DNA of 62,889 bases, filler included, from Octopus bimaculoides (GCF_001194135.2; 4 parts of 3 records of this genome joined end to end with filler, not necessarily neighbours in it), one strand, 5' to 3'; shown: positions 12,805-27,604, counted from the whole stretch's first letter. Notes: generated from the letters alone by a model not told the origin. Made by a program: numbers and translations.

Positions 12805-13198
12805 TTCTTTTATTCTTTAACTCTTTTCTTTGTTTCAGTCATTTGACTGCGGCCATGCTGGAGCACCGCCTTTAGTCGAACGAATGGATTCCAGGACTTA
12901 TTCTTTTTAAGCCTTGTACTTATTCTATCGGTTCATTTTGCCGAATCGCTAAGTTACGGGGGATATAAACACACCAGCATCGGTTGTTAAGCGATGGTGG
13001 ACACACACAAACACACACACAAACACACACACACACGACGGGCTTCTTTCAGTTTCCGTCTACCAAATCCACTCACAAGGCTTTGGTCGGCTCGAGGCTA
13101 TAGCAGAAGACACTTGCCCGGGTGCCACCCAGTGGCACTGAACCTGGAACCATGCGGTTACTAAGTAAGCTACTTACCACATAGCCACTTCTACGCCT
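12805..13198 (-). mobile_element. Full-length SINE family A copy
   Basis: Reverse complement of the 59290-59692 element, from the aggcgtagaagtggct head to the gagttaaagaataaaagaa tail. Confidence 0.9.
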
Positions 13199-13221
13199 AT
13201 ATATATATAGTCTGTCATACC

Positions 13222-13261
13222 GGCCATGACGAAGGGAAATAGCCCTGAAACTCGAGTCGCC
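13222..13261 (+). ncRNA. Minimal type-I hammerhead ribozyme motif (one extra base in the core)
   Basis: ggc-C(a)TGACGA-AGGG aaatag CCCT-GAAAC tcga GTC-gcc: stem I ggc/gcc, stem II AGGG/CCCT, palindromic stem III ACTCGAGT, GUC triplet at 13256-13258, followed by an AT-rich tail. Confidence 0.65.
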
Positions 13262-13559
13262 TTTATATATTTATATTTATATATTTATATATTTGATCCT
13301 TTATATTGAACACTCAATATTTCATCTACATTCAATACTTTCTTTCATGGTGCCATCCATTTTTATTTTATTTTATTTTATATTATATATTGTATATTAT
13401 ATTATATATTGTATATTCCATATTCTATACCCCACATTGGTTCTGCAGGAATATAAATAAAACATAAAAAACAGACAGTGTTGGAACTCTTTTAAACAAA
13501 ATAATATATTCCTCTATACACAATCATACAAAAAACCCACCTTTTTTGTATTTATTTTT

Positions 13560-13591
<32 letters not shown>

Positions 13592-14492
13592 NNNNNNNNN
13601 NNNNNNNNNNNNNNNNNNNNNNNNNNNNNNNNNNNNNNNNNNNNNNNNNNNNNNNNNNNNNNNNNNNNNNNNNNNNNNNNNNTATATATATATATATATA
13701 TATTATACTACGGGCTTCTTTTAGTTCCAGTCTACCAAAATCCACTGGCAAGGCTTTGGTCGGCCTGAGGCTATAGTAGAAAACACTTGCCCGGAACCAT
13801 GTGGTTGGGAAGCAAGCTACTTACCACACAGCCACTCCTGCGCCTATGAAGTATTTAGAATAAGTATTTTAAATAATTTGTCCATATACTGTATATAAAA
13901 GTTGCTTTATGCGGAAGGTGTTTGTATATCAGTCCATCAAATTTGCCTATAACCAGATACTTAACTCTCCTTCTTTGTTGCGGTTCGCCAAATTGTGTTT
14001 CAATTGTAAATGAAGTTCTTGACAGACCATCATCAAGCTGAAATAGAAGGAATTGCTTTCGTCATTTCACAGAATCCTTCAAAACGAGAAATGAAATGAA
14101 ACTGAGGTGGAAAAGCAAATAAAAGTCTTCATATTGAAGTGATTCGCATTTAAATCTGGAAACATGTATTCCATTCTTAACATGTTTGAGAAAAACGGTT
14201 GGTAATACACTAGATTATGAAATGAGTGGTAGAAAATTGATCATCAGACGGTTGCCATCTATATCTGTTATGTTTTACTTGTTTTAGTCATCAAACTGCG
14301 GCCATGCTGGAGCAACACCTTGAAGTCTTGTAGTCGAACAAATTGACCACAGTACTGATTTTTGAAGTCTGGTACTTATCCCATCGGACCCTTTTGTCGA
14401 ACCACTAGATTACGGGAACGCAAACAAACCAATACCAGTTGTTAAGCGATAGTGGTGATGGTGGTGGTGGTGGTGGTGGCGTAGATGCACGG

Positions 14493-14530
<38 letters not shown>

Positions 14531-15055
14531 ATGTGGATGTGTATATTTATATATATATATATAATTCACACAGATGTCATCCTTGTAAGTGGATTTGGCA
14601 GACGTAAGCTGAAAGAAATCCGTTTTGTACATACATACATACATGCATGCATACATACATACATACATACATACGTACATACATACATACATACATACAT
14701 ACATACATACGTGTGTGTCTGTACAAACACACACAGGGTTTCAGGCTAATTACTGAAAGAAGCAAAAGGTAAAAGTTAACAGATGATGATGATGATGATG
14801 ATGATGATGATCATGGTCATGATCATCATGATCATCATCATCATCATCATCATCAACAACAACAACAACAACAACAATTCCACACTGTAATTCTAGACTC
14901 TGAGAATGAAGGCATTGACTATGGTGTATCAAAGAGTCGGGGGTGTAATATTTGGGATAATCAACATGACGCACATTCTTTGCTGTATATTTCGTGGAAG
15001 CCAATTAGTTGACTATGTTTATTCATTACGCCGTAATCTCAATTAAATAATTCTA

Positions 15056-15098
<43 letters not shown>

Positions 15099-15161
15099 AG
15101 GTAATGAAATCAACAGCAAAAGAGCAACAACGACGCGATCATCAATAATAACAAACATTTC

Positions 15162-15193
<32 letters not shown>

Positions 15194-15671
15194 CGCCACC
15201 AACGCCGCCGCCGCCGCCACCACCACTACCATCACGACCACCACGACCACCACCATTACCAAAATAATCCTTTCCACTATAGGCACATGACCTGAAATTT
15301 GATTTTGGTAGGGGATACACGATTACATTGATTCCAATGTTGACTACAGTGGGGTCACCAGAATAACAAAAATGCTTTTTGTTTAAACACAAGGCTAGCA
15401 ATATTGAAAGGGGAGGTTTACTCGTTACCATCGACCCAAGTACTTCACCGGTTCGTTATTTTATCGAACCCGAAAGAAAAAATGGAAAAGTTAACCTCGA
15501 TGGGATTTGAATAAGAATGTAAGGAATTGGAAGAAACGCTGCTAAGCATTTTGTTGGGCGCTTTAACGATTTTACCAATGTTTCTGATTTAGGCAGAAGG
15601 TTAGCGACTTTGAGGGGAAGGTGTAGTCATTACCATCGATCTCAGCATTTTACTGGTACTATGTTTGATCG

Positions 15672-16048
15672 GGAGGCGCAATGGCCCAGTGGTTAGGGCG
15701 GCGGACTCGCGGTCATAGGATCGCGGTTTCGATTCCCAGACCGGGCGTTGTGAGTGTTTATTGAGCGAAAACACCTAAAGCTCCACGAGGCACCGGCAGG
15801 GGATTGTGGCGAACCCTGCTGTACTCTTTCACCACAACTTTCACTCACTCTTACTTTCTGTTGTGCCTGTAATTCAAAGGGTCAGCCTTGTCACACTGTG
15901 TTACGCTGGATATCCCCGAGAACTACGTTAAGGGTACACGTGTCTGTGGAGCGCTCAGCCATTTGCACGTTAATTTCACGAGCAGGCTGTTCCGTTGATC
16001 GGATCAACTGGAACCCTCGACGTCGTAAGCGACGGAGTGCCAACAACA
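15672..16048 (+). mobile_element. Full-length SINE family B with 11-bp TSD (1 mismatch)
   Basis: Near-identical to 9758-10140; atgtttgatcg (15661-15671) and atatttgatcg (16048-16058). Confidence 0.92.
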
Positions 16049-16539
16049 TATTTGATCGATCCCGGATGGAGGGAAGACAAAATTGACCATGGTGAAATTT
16101 GAACTTGGAATGTTAAAATCTGAAATAATTCTTACTTTATTGGCCGCAAAATGTTATACATAAAATACAAAGTGTGCCAAAGCATTTGACAATGTCCTTC
16201 GGAATAAGGATATCTGAGATAGACTCAAAACCCCCGACTTAGTGAAGGGCTATAATCGATAATATCGATCTTAATACTTCATTTGATCTGGCATTTTATT
16301 TATTGAGTCTGGAAGGCAAAGTTGATCTCAGCGAGATTTGAACTTATAATGTATAGCTCCAGAACAAATATCACAAGGCATTTTGTTCGATGTTCCTGCG
16401 ATTCTTCCAACCCGTGTAGAAATAGCGAAGATACCCAATTCCTTTTCATGCTAATGTAGACCTGACAAGACACGTACTTACGACTGAAAAAACAATTTGG
16501 CACCGTGCTAGTATTTGAGAGAATTAAGTATTATATTAA

Positions 16540-17780
<1,241 letters not shown>

Positions 17781-18044
17781 GAAACGTTTCAGTCAGCATT
17801 ACCATCATCAATTCTCCTCCTGATTTCAAACTTTAGCACAAGAACAGCAGTTTAGGGGAAGGAAATTAGTTGGTACTATCGAACCTAGTACTTGATCAGT
17901 AATTTATTTCACCAAACCCGAAAATTTGAAAAACAAAAATGAACTCTTTGGGATTTGAACTTAGAAAAAGCACAAGGCATTTCTTCCGACGCTGTAATGA
18001 TTCTATCTGCTCACCTCCATAAGCCAGCTGGCAGAAACAACAAT

Positions 18045-18078
<34 letters not shown>

Positions 18079-18344
18079 GTTGTAGTAGTAGTGGTGATTT
18101 CACATTTGTTCAAGGGTGAACGTTCATTTTAAGTACTGACTACAATGGAGTCGAGTCTCAGAAAATATTTCAGCTGTGATATATGCCAAGAATTTTGATA
18201 TCTGGCACCATTCCAAAATCACTTTCAAATGAAGTAGACTGCTTCTTCTCACTGTTCTCTGTACAATGCTGAGTCAGCAAATACAAAAACTCGAAATAAG
18301 TAAATAAATGATGCATGAAATTATCTGCTGAATCAGGACAGACA

Positions 18345-18400
<56 letters not shown>

Positions 18401-20806
18401 NNNNNNNNNNNNNNNNNNNNNNNNNNNNNNNNNNNNNNNNNNNNNNNNNNNNNNNNNNNNNNNNNNNNNNNNNNNNNNNNNNNNNNNNNNNNNNNNNNNN
18501 NNNNNNNNNNNNNNNNNNATATATATATGAATATAAATTTCAGATAATATGATGTCTCATGGCGTAAGATACAAATAGTGCTCAGGCTCAATTCGTACCT
18601 AAACCTCTTGAGTTTAAATGAGACTTCAAATGCAAGGGCATAGTCCATTCGCTGCTTAAATGAGAATTGACTATAGGAAATGTGTCGTTCAAGCTGAACT
18701 TTTACTGATCTCCTGTGATTTAATCTCCTTTATGCACGCGCTTCGCTCTATGCTGTAGTATAAATATAAAAATGTCATAGTCTGATTTGATACCTATTGT
18801 TTGCCTGCCTATCCTTTTAGTCTGTCACACACACACACACACACACACAATGCATGCGTTCATACACACATATGTATGTTTATATAAGTATATATATAGG
18901 TGTGTGTGTGTGTGTGAGTGTGTGTGTCTACACAGATATGCACTTTGACACACCTTACAAAAAGGGCCTCTTTATATTATGGGGGTGGTGGTAAGAAACA
19001 ATTATGAACCAGTGAATCAAATCAGTAAGATGATATATATATATCTCCTCATATCTGAGATCTATCCGAATGCTTGCTCATCAGGGTGAGGTGGATTTTG
19101 AATCCTGCGTTTGATTTATTCTTACACTCAAGGACTGGTACATTTGTAATCCATTCTACGAACTATTCTACAGACAGTTACAGGCTAACAAATTAGCTCT
19201 TCTAATTTGTAGGGCGTTATTTCCGACAGGCTTTCATACAACTTTCGTTTATCTAATTTCACTCACAAAGTTTGGGTCGACCTGAGGTTATGGTATCAAG
19301 TATTGACCCAAGATTTCACATCGTGAGATCACACCTAGAAGTACATGATTACAAAGAGAAATTATTAATTTACAAATCCATCTTTACCCTCATTAACATT
19401 ACAGTCATATCTGTGGTAAACTGGAGTTATCAGAATCTCCGTGTTATTCTGTCTAACCTGACGCTCAACGTTCGCCTACATTGTTATAAAAACGACTTAT
19501 AGTCAATGATTAATGTCGCTACCTCTGGGCCACGCCGTGACCCTTGTGTTACGTCATGCCATGATTACAGTATCAGTTGCAATACATATTGGCATTTGTG
19601 TGACATACAGTCCGACTTACTTTCTTGCTTTACTCATACATCTGAAGACCCGGCACCGATAAACTTCCATATACTTTACTCTTATCTGTGAAAAGTACGT
19701 GATACATCTTCTCGAACTTCTTTTAAGTGTTCCTGTGAGAGGGAAAAGAAATCTTTGTGAAGCAGAGGCATATTACTTTTCCACTCGTTTCTTCATGGAT
19801 AAATTTCCCGGGCAAGGAGGTATACATCTTTGTGACATATTGCTGCCATGCCTCTTTTTTTGATTGAATTCGACCCTTGTACTTGCATTTCATTCTTGCA
19901 GTAGTACTTGTAAAGATTTCATGAGGTCTTGGCTAGAAAAGAAAAGCTTTGTCTCAAGACTTCTTATCCTTGTCCTCAACACAATCCGTTATTTTCTATG
20001 GTCAGTTGACAAATGAAAACTGTCTGCCATCCCCTGTCAAAGGAAAGCGAAGAAATAACAACAGGACTATCAATAATCATAAGAGCAACATAAAATGGAA
20101 ACCAGTAATATACTTTTAGAATAAGCGTGTTGTTGTTCCGGAAAACAATGTTGTTGAGACTTGGTATTAAACTTGGGAGATATTGGCCAATTAGCTGGAC
20201 ATTAAATGCTATTGATTGTTCAAGTGTGGTAGAGTGGGGGTAGCGAGAAGGGTTGATTTGCTAATAATAATATTCCTGCCAAGGTCAACCTTATCTTTTC
20301 TCCTTCTGGTGTCGTTAGAATAAAGTACCAGTCTAGTACTGAGGTCGATATAATCGACTATATTTTCCCTTCTCAACAAAATACATGATTTTGTGCAAAT
20401 ATTTAAAAAAAGTCAATATTAATAATTGTTGTTAATAGTTGCTAATTAATGATACTTATCAAATACTAAAAAAAAAAAAGAATTCATTAAAAAGTAGCCG
20501 TAACATATCACATGGACATAAACTTACGAAAGTATCCGAAGATGTCCGAGTATAAATAGCGCTAGGTCATTACATGTAAGAAAGAAGACGGACGCACAAA
20601 AGTTCTGAAAGATAATATTGATGTAGTTTGTCAGACGGTGACGTCAGTTGTAATATAGAGATGCTTTATAGAAACTGGTTTGTAATACAGATTTGTTGCA
20701 GTTACTTTTGTTGTTCAGCCTTGTCTCGGTTCTGATTGAGTAAATCTCTGATCAAAATCGTTTCTGTCATGAACAGCCTGTTTTCTTTTCTGGTATATCT
20801 TTAATC

Positions 20807-21186
20807 GGAGGCGCAATGGCCCAATGGTTAGGGCAGCAGACTCGCGGTCATAGGATCGCGGTTTCGATTCCCAGACCGGGCGTTGTGAGTGTCTATTGAG
20901 CGAAAACACCTAAAGATCCACGAGGCTCCGACAGGGGATGGTGGCGAACCCTGCTGTACTCTTTCACCACAACTTTCTCTCACTCTTTGTTTCTGTTCTA
21001 CCTGTAATTCAAAAGGTCAGCCTTGTCACACTGTGTCACGCTGAATCTCCCCGAAAACTACGTTAAGGCTACACGTGTCTGTGGAGTACTCAGCCACTTG
21101 CACGCTAATTTCACGAGCAGGCTGTTCCGTTGATCGGATCAACCGGAACCCCTGTCGTCGTAAGCGACGGATTGCCAACAACAACA
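20807..21186 (+). mobile_element. Full-length SINE family B with 12-bp TSD
   Basis: Same head and tail as 9758; atatctttaatc at 20795-20806 and 21186-21197. Confidence 0.92.
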
Positions 21187-21204
21187 TATCTTTAATCCAT
21201 TATT

Positions 21205-21598
21205 TTTTTACTCGTTTTAATCATTGTACTACGGCCATGCTAGAGCACATTTTTGAAGGGTTTAGTCGAACAAATCGACTTCTATACTTATTTTAAAGCC
21301 TGGTACTTATTCCATCGGTATCTTTTGCTGAACCCACCGGTTGTGAAGCAGTGGTGAGAGATAAACACATACACAATGATACACACACATAGATACACAT
21401 ACAAAGACATACATATAGACACAAACACACACATATATATACGACGGGCTTCTTTCAGCTTCCGTTTACCAAATCCAGTCTCAAAGCTTTGGTCGGCCCT
21501 AGGCTGTAGAAGACACTTGCCCAAGGAGCTGCGCGGTGTGACTGAACCCGAAAGCATGTGATTAGGAAATAATCTTCTTACCACGCAGTCATACCTGT
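21205..21598 (-). mobile_element. SINE family A copy
   Basis: Contains acgacgggcttctttcagcttccgtttaccaaatcc and gaagacacttgcccaagg, in reverse orientation relative to 59290. Confidence 0.8.
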
Positions 21599-22057
21599 GT
21601 ATTTATGTCTACATTATCATCTATTGTGTTCTCCCCTTTTTTCAGACATTGGTTTGTAATTCGAAGGAGTTTAGTTGTTTTTTCTAGCAGGTCGAGCGAC
21701 TACATTGAAGCTCCATCGACTGCTCAGGTGAATAAGGAATGTAATGTTAGTAGACAGAGTTGTCGCCCATGCATAGACGAGGGCAGCTCTACAATAATAC
21801 AGACAAGCAATACAAGTCAGATTGTTGATTTAAGTGATGTTTGACAAACACTAGACTGAAGAGGTCATGTGCTAGTCAATATTGGTATTTCTTTTCACTG
21901 AAACGTGTGTCTCTATTGCTGAATGGAAGTTTGTTGTTGGGAATGTAACCAACTGTTTGCTATGTACACACATATCAAAGATACATTAATCTTATGATTC
22001 CCTGCAGTTTGAATAGATCCTGGCTGGAAGTTGGAATTAGCTATTTATACTCTGTAA

Positions 22058-22110
<53 letters not shown>

Positions 22111-22397
22111 GCGCACGCACACACACACACAAGCGTACACGTACATACACATTCGCACAGAGACACCAATATATATGCATAGAGACACCAATATATATGC
22201 ATATATACATGCACACATAGGCATAAATGCACACTGCACACAGATCGAAAGTCACATATACGTGCATACAAGCGTATACATATAGCACATACACGCACAC
22301 ACACATATACAGAAATTCGCACAGAAAGACATAGTGATCTACATAAACATGCACACTCACATGCATGCATACATATATACATACATACGTACATATA

Positions 22398-22429
<32 letters not shown>

Positions 22430-22846
22430 NNNNNNNNNNNNNNNNNNNNNNNNNNNNNNNNNNNNNNNNNNNNNNNNNNNNNNNNNNNNNNNNNNNNNNN
22501 NNNNNNNNNNNNNNNNNNNNNNNNNNNNNNNNNNNNNNNNNNNNNNNNNNNNNNNNNNNNNNNNNNNNNNNNNNNNNNNNNNNNNNNNNNNNNNNNNNNN
22601 NNNNNNNNNNNNNNNNNNNNNNNNNNNNNNNNNNNNNNNNNNNNNNNNNNNNNNNNNNNNNNNNNNNNNNNNNNNNNNNNNNNNNNNNNNNNNNNNNNNN
22701 NNNNNNNNNNNNNNNNNNNNNNNNNNNNNNNNNNNNNNNNNNNNNNNNNNNNNNNNNNNNNNNNNNNNNNNNNNNNNNNNNNNNNNNNNNNNNTGGCTGA
22801 TAGTTAGCAAGGTGAGACACACATAAGAAAGAAGAAGGAAACAAAG

Positions 22847-22890
22847 GACCACTGATGAGGTCACAGAAGTGTGACGAAAGAACTCTGGCC
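22847..22890 (+). ncRNA. Minimal type-I hammerhead ribozyme motif
   Basis: gacca-CTGATGA-g-GTCAC agaagt GTGAC-GAAAG aa CTC-tggcc: intact CUGAUGA and GAAA cores, 5-bp stem II, 2-bp stem III, CUC triplet, stem I cca/tgg extended past one mismatch. Confidence 0.6.
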
Positions 22891-25130
22891 GAAATAAGAT
22901 TAAGATTAAGATTAATGTAATATAAAGCTGAAAAAAAAAAAAAGAAAATTAACACCAAATATACAGTGCGTGTGTTTTTATTGGCTAAACTGGCAATATG
23001 ACCATCCCCAAGTACAACAACATCTGTTTCAACACACGATTTCACATAAAAAATCTTGCAAAACAAATATATATATATATATATAGACAAACTCACACTG
23101 ACACATAACACATTCACACACTCTCACTCTCAAAGACATAAACATGCACAGACACGTACACACACACACACGTGCACACATGCACACGCGCACATACTCA
23201 TGCACATATACATATAGACGTACAAATTGTAAAAATAAACCGTCTTATCAGTGAAGTTAGCGACTTTTTGTCTCCCTTCTTTCAACCTCTCCACCTCATT
23301 AGACTCTCTTTATTACCCTTCCCTTACGTGTATTCCTTCAGTTTTGTGTAATCACAATAGTTAAACATATGAGATTACAACCAATGTGTTGATATATTGA
23401 CTGAGTATTCCACTTTACTCTCCCAAGTTGTTTTCTATCCAAGTAAGATAACCACTATTTCCTTTTATCAAAAGCCACATTTCCTTTTCTCGTTAGCCTA
23501 CGTCTTCTATAAGTACGTAGACGACTGACTGCGATCATTTTGTTGTTGGGATAACTGTTGAAAGAAGTGTTTGACTGACACCATTGATGCCGCATTGCAA
23601 TTACAATTCGGGAGTTGACTGAGCGACCAAGATCGATTCGGTCCTATGTGGAATATCATAATGATTATATATNNNNNNNNNNNNNNNNNNNNNNNNNNNN
23701 NNNNNNNNNNNNNNNNNNNNNNNNNNNNNNNNNNNNNNNNNNNNNNNNNNNNNNNNNNNNNNNNNNNNNNNNNNNNNNNNNNNNNNNNNNNNNNNNNNNN
23801 NNNNNNNNNNNNNNNNNNNNNNNNNNNNNNNNNNNNNNNNNNNNNTATATTGTTGAATTGACGTCAAGAATTTTATTAACTATCGAGAGAACATGAAATA
23901 ATTCAATTTTGGAAGAGTGGATCTCGGAGCACATAGAATTAGAGGAAATATGGGTTCGTGTCGCACGGGTAGCCTTCGATCCTTTCTACCCAAAAGTGTT
24001 TTTAAACCCAATATTTATATGCTATTATTTATAGCTTTATGTGTTTCGAGATCTACTGTTCCAAGCCCACAAAAAAAAATTCACGTTCTCTCGAAAGTTT
24101 ATAAAATGCTTATGACGTCAACGAAATACAATTCTTGCCGGTAAGAATAAAGTTTTTAAAATGCATTGAGACGTGCAAAAGATTTCTTTGGTCTAATGGT
24201 AGAACATCTGGAGAAGTGGACTCGTGTCCCACGGACGGCCTTCGTCTTTTGCTCCCCTACCCGAAAGAGTGTTACAACCCAATATTTACTGTCTACTTTT
24301 TTTGTAGCTTTATGGTTCAGTGGTTAGAGCGTCGGGCTCACAATCATGAGTTTGTGAGTTCGATTCCTGGACCAGGCTATGTGTCGTGTTCTTGAGCACA
24401 CGCACGCACACACGCGCTCATGCATGGTGAATCTCAGTCACTCAACTATGAGGATTCCGTTGTTAGAATTACCTGCTCAGGTAGAATCTGCTTGACATTA
24501 TGTGTGACAAGACTACCATTTAATTTGCAGGTACAATCCACCCACGGGCTTCTATACATTTTCGAAGAACCCAATTTCAGTCACAAGGAGTTGGTTGACT
24601 TAAGGCTACAGAAAATAGGATTTGCTCAAAGCGCAGTGCGGTCGAACGCGGGATTACTTGGTTGCGAAGCGACCATTTGGCCATACTTCCTCTCACTATA
24701 TATTATACACACACATACACACGCACGTACGCTCTCTTTCTTATATGGAGCTGTACTGATTTGCCATTTAGTAATTGTAATATATCTCCTAGAGGCGCAA
24801 ATAATTTTAATAAATCAAGAATTAAAATTGCGTAGTATTTGATATACCTGCATTTGTCTATGTTGTTCATATACATGCCACTGGCTACTCTGAGCTAATT
24901 TTCTTAACTCATTTTTGTTTAGTTTATGCAAACTACCCTAGCCATAAATGTGCTCCGCTCTTTTTGTACATGCATATGTCCCTTGGCTACTGGAAATAAA
25001 GTTGAACAATTGTCATGAGAATGACGCCTTTTGACGGAAAGTTTCGCATACCAGGCGACACCTACAACACAGGTCTAGGTCGAAAGAAAAAAATTAAGCA
25101 CATAATACAGGTAGTATTATAAAGTAAATT

Positions 25131-26140
25131 GTGAGATCGAAAAATGACAGCACAATACAGGTTGGCATTTGGCAAACAAGCCATCGATATAGGCGATGAG
25201 ATCGAAAACTAACCACACAATACAGGTTGGCATTTGGCAAACAAGCCATCGATATAGGCGATGAGATTGAAAACTAACCACACAATACAGGTTGGCATTT
25301 GGCAAACAAGCCATCGATATAGGCGATGAGATCGAAAACTAACCACACAATACAGGTGNNNNNNNNNNNNNNNNNNNNNNNNNNNNNNNNNNNNNNNNNN
25401 NNNNNNNNNNNNNNNNNNNNNNNNNNNNNNNNNNNNNNNNNNNNNNNNNNNNNNNNNNNNNNNNNNNNNNNNNNNNNNNNNNNNNNNNNNNNNNNNNNNN
25501 NNNNNNNNNNNNNNNNNNNNNNNNNNNNNNNNNNNNNNNNNNNNNNNNNNNNNNNNNNNNNNNNNNNNNNNNNNNNNNNNNNNNNNNNNNNNNNNNNNNN
25601 NNNNNNNNNNNNNNNNNNNNNNNNNNNNNNNNNNNNNNNNNNNNNNNNNNNNNNNNNNNNNNNNNNNNNNNNNNNNNNNNNNNNNNNNNNNNNNNNNNNN
25701 NNNNNNNNNNNNNNNNNNNNNNNNNNNNNNNNNNNNNNNNNNNNNNNNNNNNNNNNNNNNNNNNNNNNNNNNNNNNNNGCACAATACAGGTTGGCATTTG
25801 GCAAACAAGCCATCGATATAGGCGATGAGATCGAAAACTAACCACACAATACAGGTGATGAGATCGAAAAACTAACTACACAACAACACAAATAGTGAGA
25901 ACGAAAAGTGACAGTACAATACAGGTTGGCATATCGAAAACGAACTACCATCACTGGCGATGAGATCCAGAAACTAACCACACAATACAATATGGATGGT
26001 GAGAAAAAAAAGTAACCACAGAGTACAAGCAGTGAAACCAAAAGCTAACTACATAACGTAGGTGGGGATATGGAAAAAAACACAAGCCACAGAATGCAAT
26101 ATAGGTGGTTAGATCAAAAACTAATCACGCAAGGAAAACC
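25131..26140. repeat. 65-bp minisatellite built on a ~33-bp core, degenerating rightwards; spans a gap
   Basis: The unit cacaatacaggttggcatttggcaaacaagccatcgatataggcgatgagatcgaaaactaacca starts at 25151, 25216 and 25281, resumes after the 25359-25778 gap, then shortens to gatgagatcgaaaactaaccacacaatacagg variants. Confidence 0.95.
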
Positions 26141-27569
26141 TAAAACGAATCACAACAGGTGCAATTTAAAATAAACAGTACCGCCCAGACGACACAAGTG
26201 AGACGGATAACCAAACAAGCATAATGTCTTTAATAAAATAATTAAAGTGGGAAGAAGCAGGTCAGATTGTTTGTCTGAATCATACAAAACAGCAATAGCC
26301 TCGTTCTAGAGTTTTTACTTCAGTGAGGATTAATCGATATCACACATGTACATAGATTGCCAGCATTCTTCCACATCTTTTATATATGTCTGTTTGGAAA
26401 GGATGGTGAGCATGACGCATATGTATGTGTTGTGTGTGCATTGTGTGTGTGTGTGTATGTGTGTGTGTGTGTGGTTGTGTGTGTGTGTGTGGTTGTGTGT
26501 GTGTGTGGTTGTGTGTGTGTGTCTTTAGAGTGGTGACTATATACATAACGTGTATGGACAATGACATACACCCATACACAAATACACACAAACAACACCA
26601 GTACACACACGTACATACTGATACCATATAATATCAGCACTTTTAATAATTACACATTAATTAACACTTTACATTTGGCATACACATAGAAATATATAAA
26701 TACACGCTCGTAGATACACCCATACACGGTCAGCGCACAAATGAATAAAGCTGATTTACGCATACATACATACATACATACATGCATACATACATACACA
26801 CATACATGCGCATACTTAACTATATGTATATATGTGTATGCATACACACATAATAGAGGAAGACACCAACAAACGCTGTGAATCACTGCTTCGCACACTA
26901 TGTAAACAACAAAATGAACACCCACCCACATTCCAAAACAAAAACAAACACAGCGTCAAACACACATAAACAATGAGCTTGTATGCACAAACAAAACTAA
27001 GGCATACACACGTACACACATACAGACATGCACATTACTAATATTTGACACCTACACATCCTCATACAGAGACACCGTTAAACAAAAACACAGCTTTCAT
27101 AATAATGCACACGCATATAGAATCCTATTGAAAACATGTATACACACATCGATACACATATACGCAGCTACACGCACACTGCAAAAAATATGTATACACG
27201 CATGCACACAAATAAACAAACCTACAGAAACACAAAAACACATTCAATTTACTCACCTGAGAAGCTTTCACACACACTCACTCACACACATATACATACA
27301 CGTACATACACACACATTCACATTCACACAAAAGTTAGGTATGCACCTTATCTTCCTTTCCGTTCTCCTACGCATAAAACCTATTTTATTTCTTCCTAGT
27401 CTCTTCTGGATAATTTCAGAATGGCGTCTAAGTAACTCCACACGTGATTTTTGTACCCTTTTTTTCCTGTCATTAACTTTTCTTTTTGCTTTCGCTGTTT
27501 CTCTGACAAACGTAGAAAAAGACTGTTCGGGTGTCTCTCTATCTCTCTGTATGTTTCCCTTGCTTTCTA

Positions 27570-27604
27570 TTTCCGATGAAGGACATTCACCGGAAACATT
27601 AAGA
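27570..27604 (+). ncRNA. Degenerate hammerhead-like remnant
   Basis: ttt-CCGATGA-aggacattcaccg-GAAAC-att-aaga. The core has a U4C change and weak stems; an AT-rich tail follows, as at 13222. Confidence 0.3.

Noticed and set aside
19680-19760. Minus-strand exon-like segment (ttttccctctcacag| ... AAA|GTAAGT near 19620)
   Set aside because: One frame is open but the peptide is unrecognisable and no partner exons were found; such signals are expected by chance in AT-rich DNA.
24923-25000. Possible USP exon 2 (tttgtttag| FYANYPSHKCAPLFLYMHMSLGYWK*)
   Set aside because: The phase fits and an FY...H...L.H pattern is loosely present, but the spacing is off and the frame hits a stop with no credible donor.
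25131-25860. CRISPR-like array
   Set aside because: The units are contiguous near-identical 65-mers without unique spacers, in eukaryotic DNA with no cas genes.
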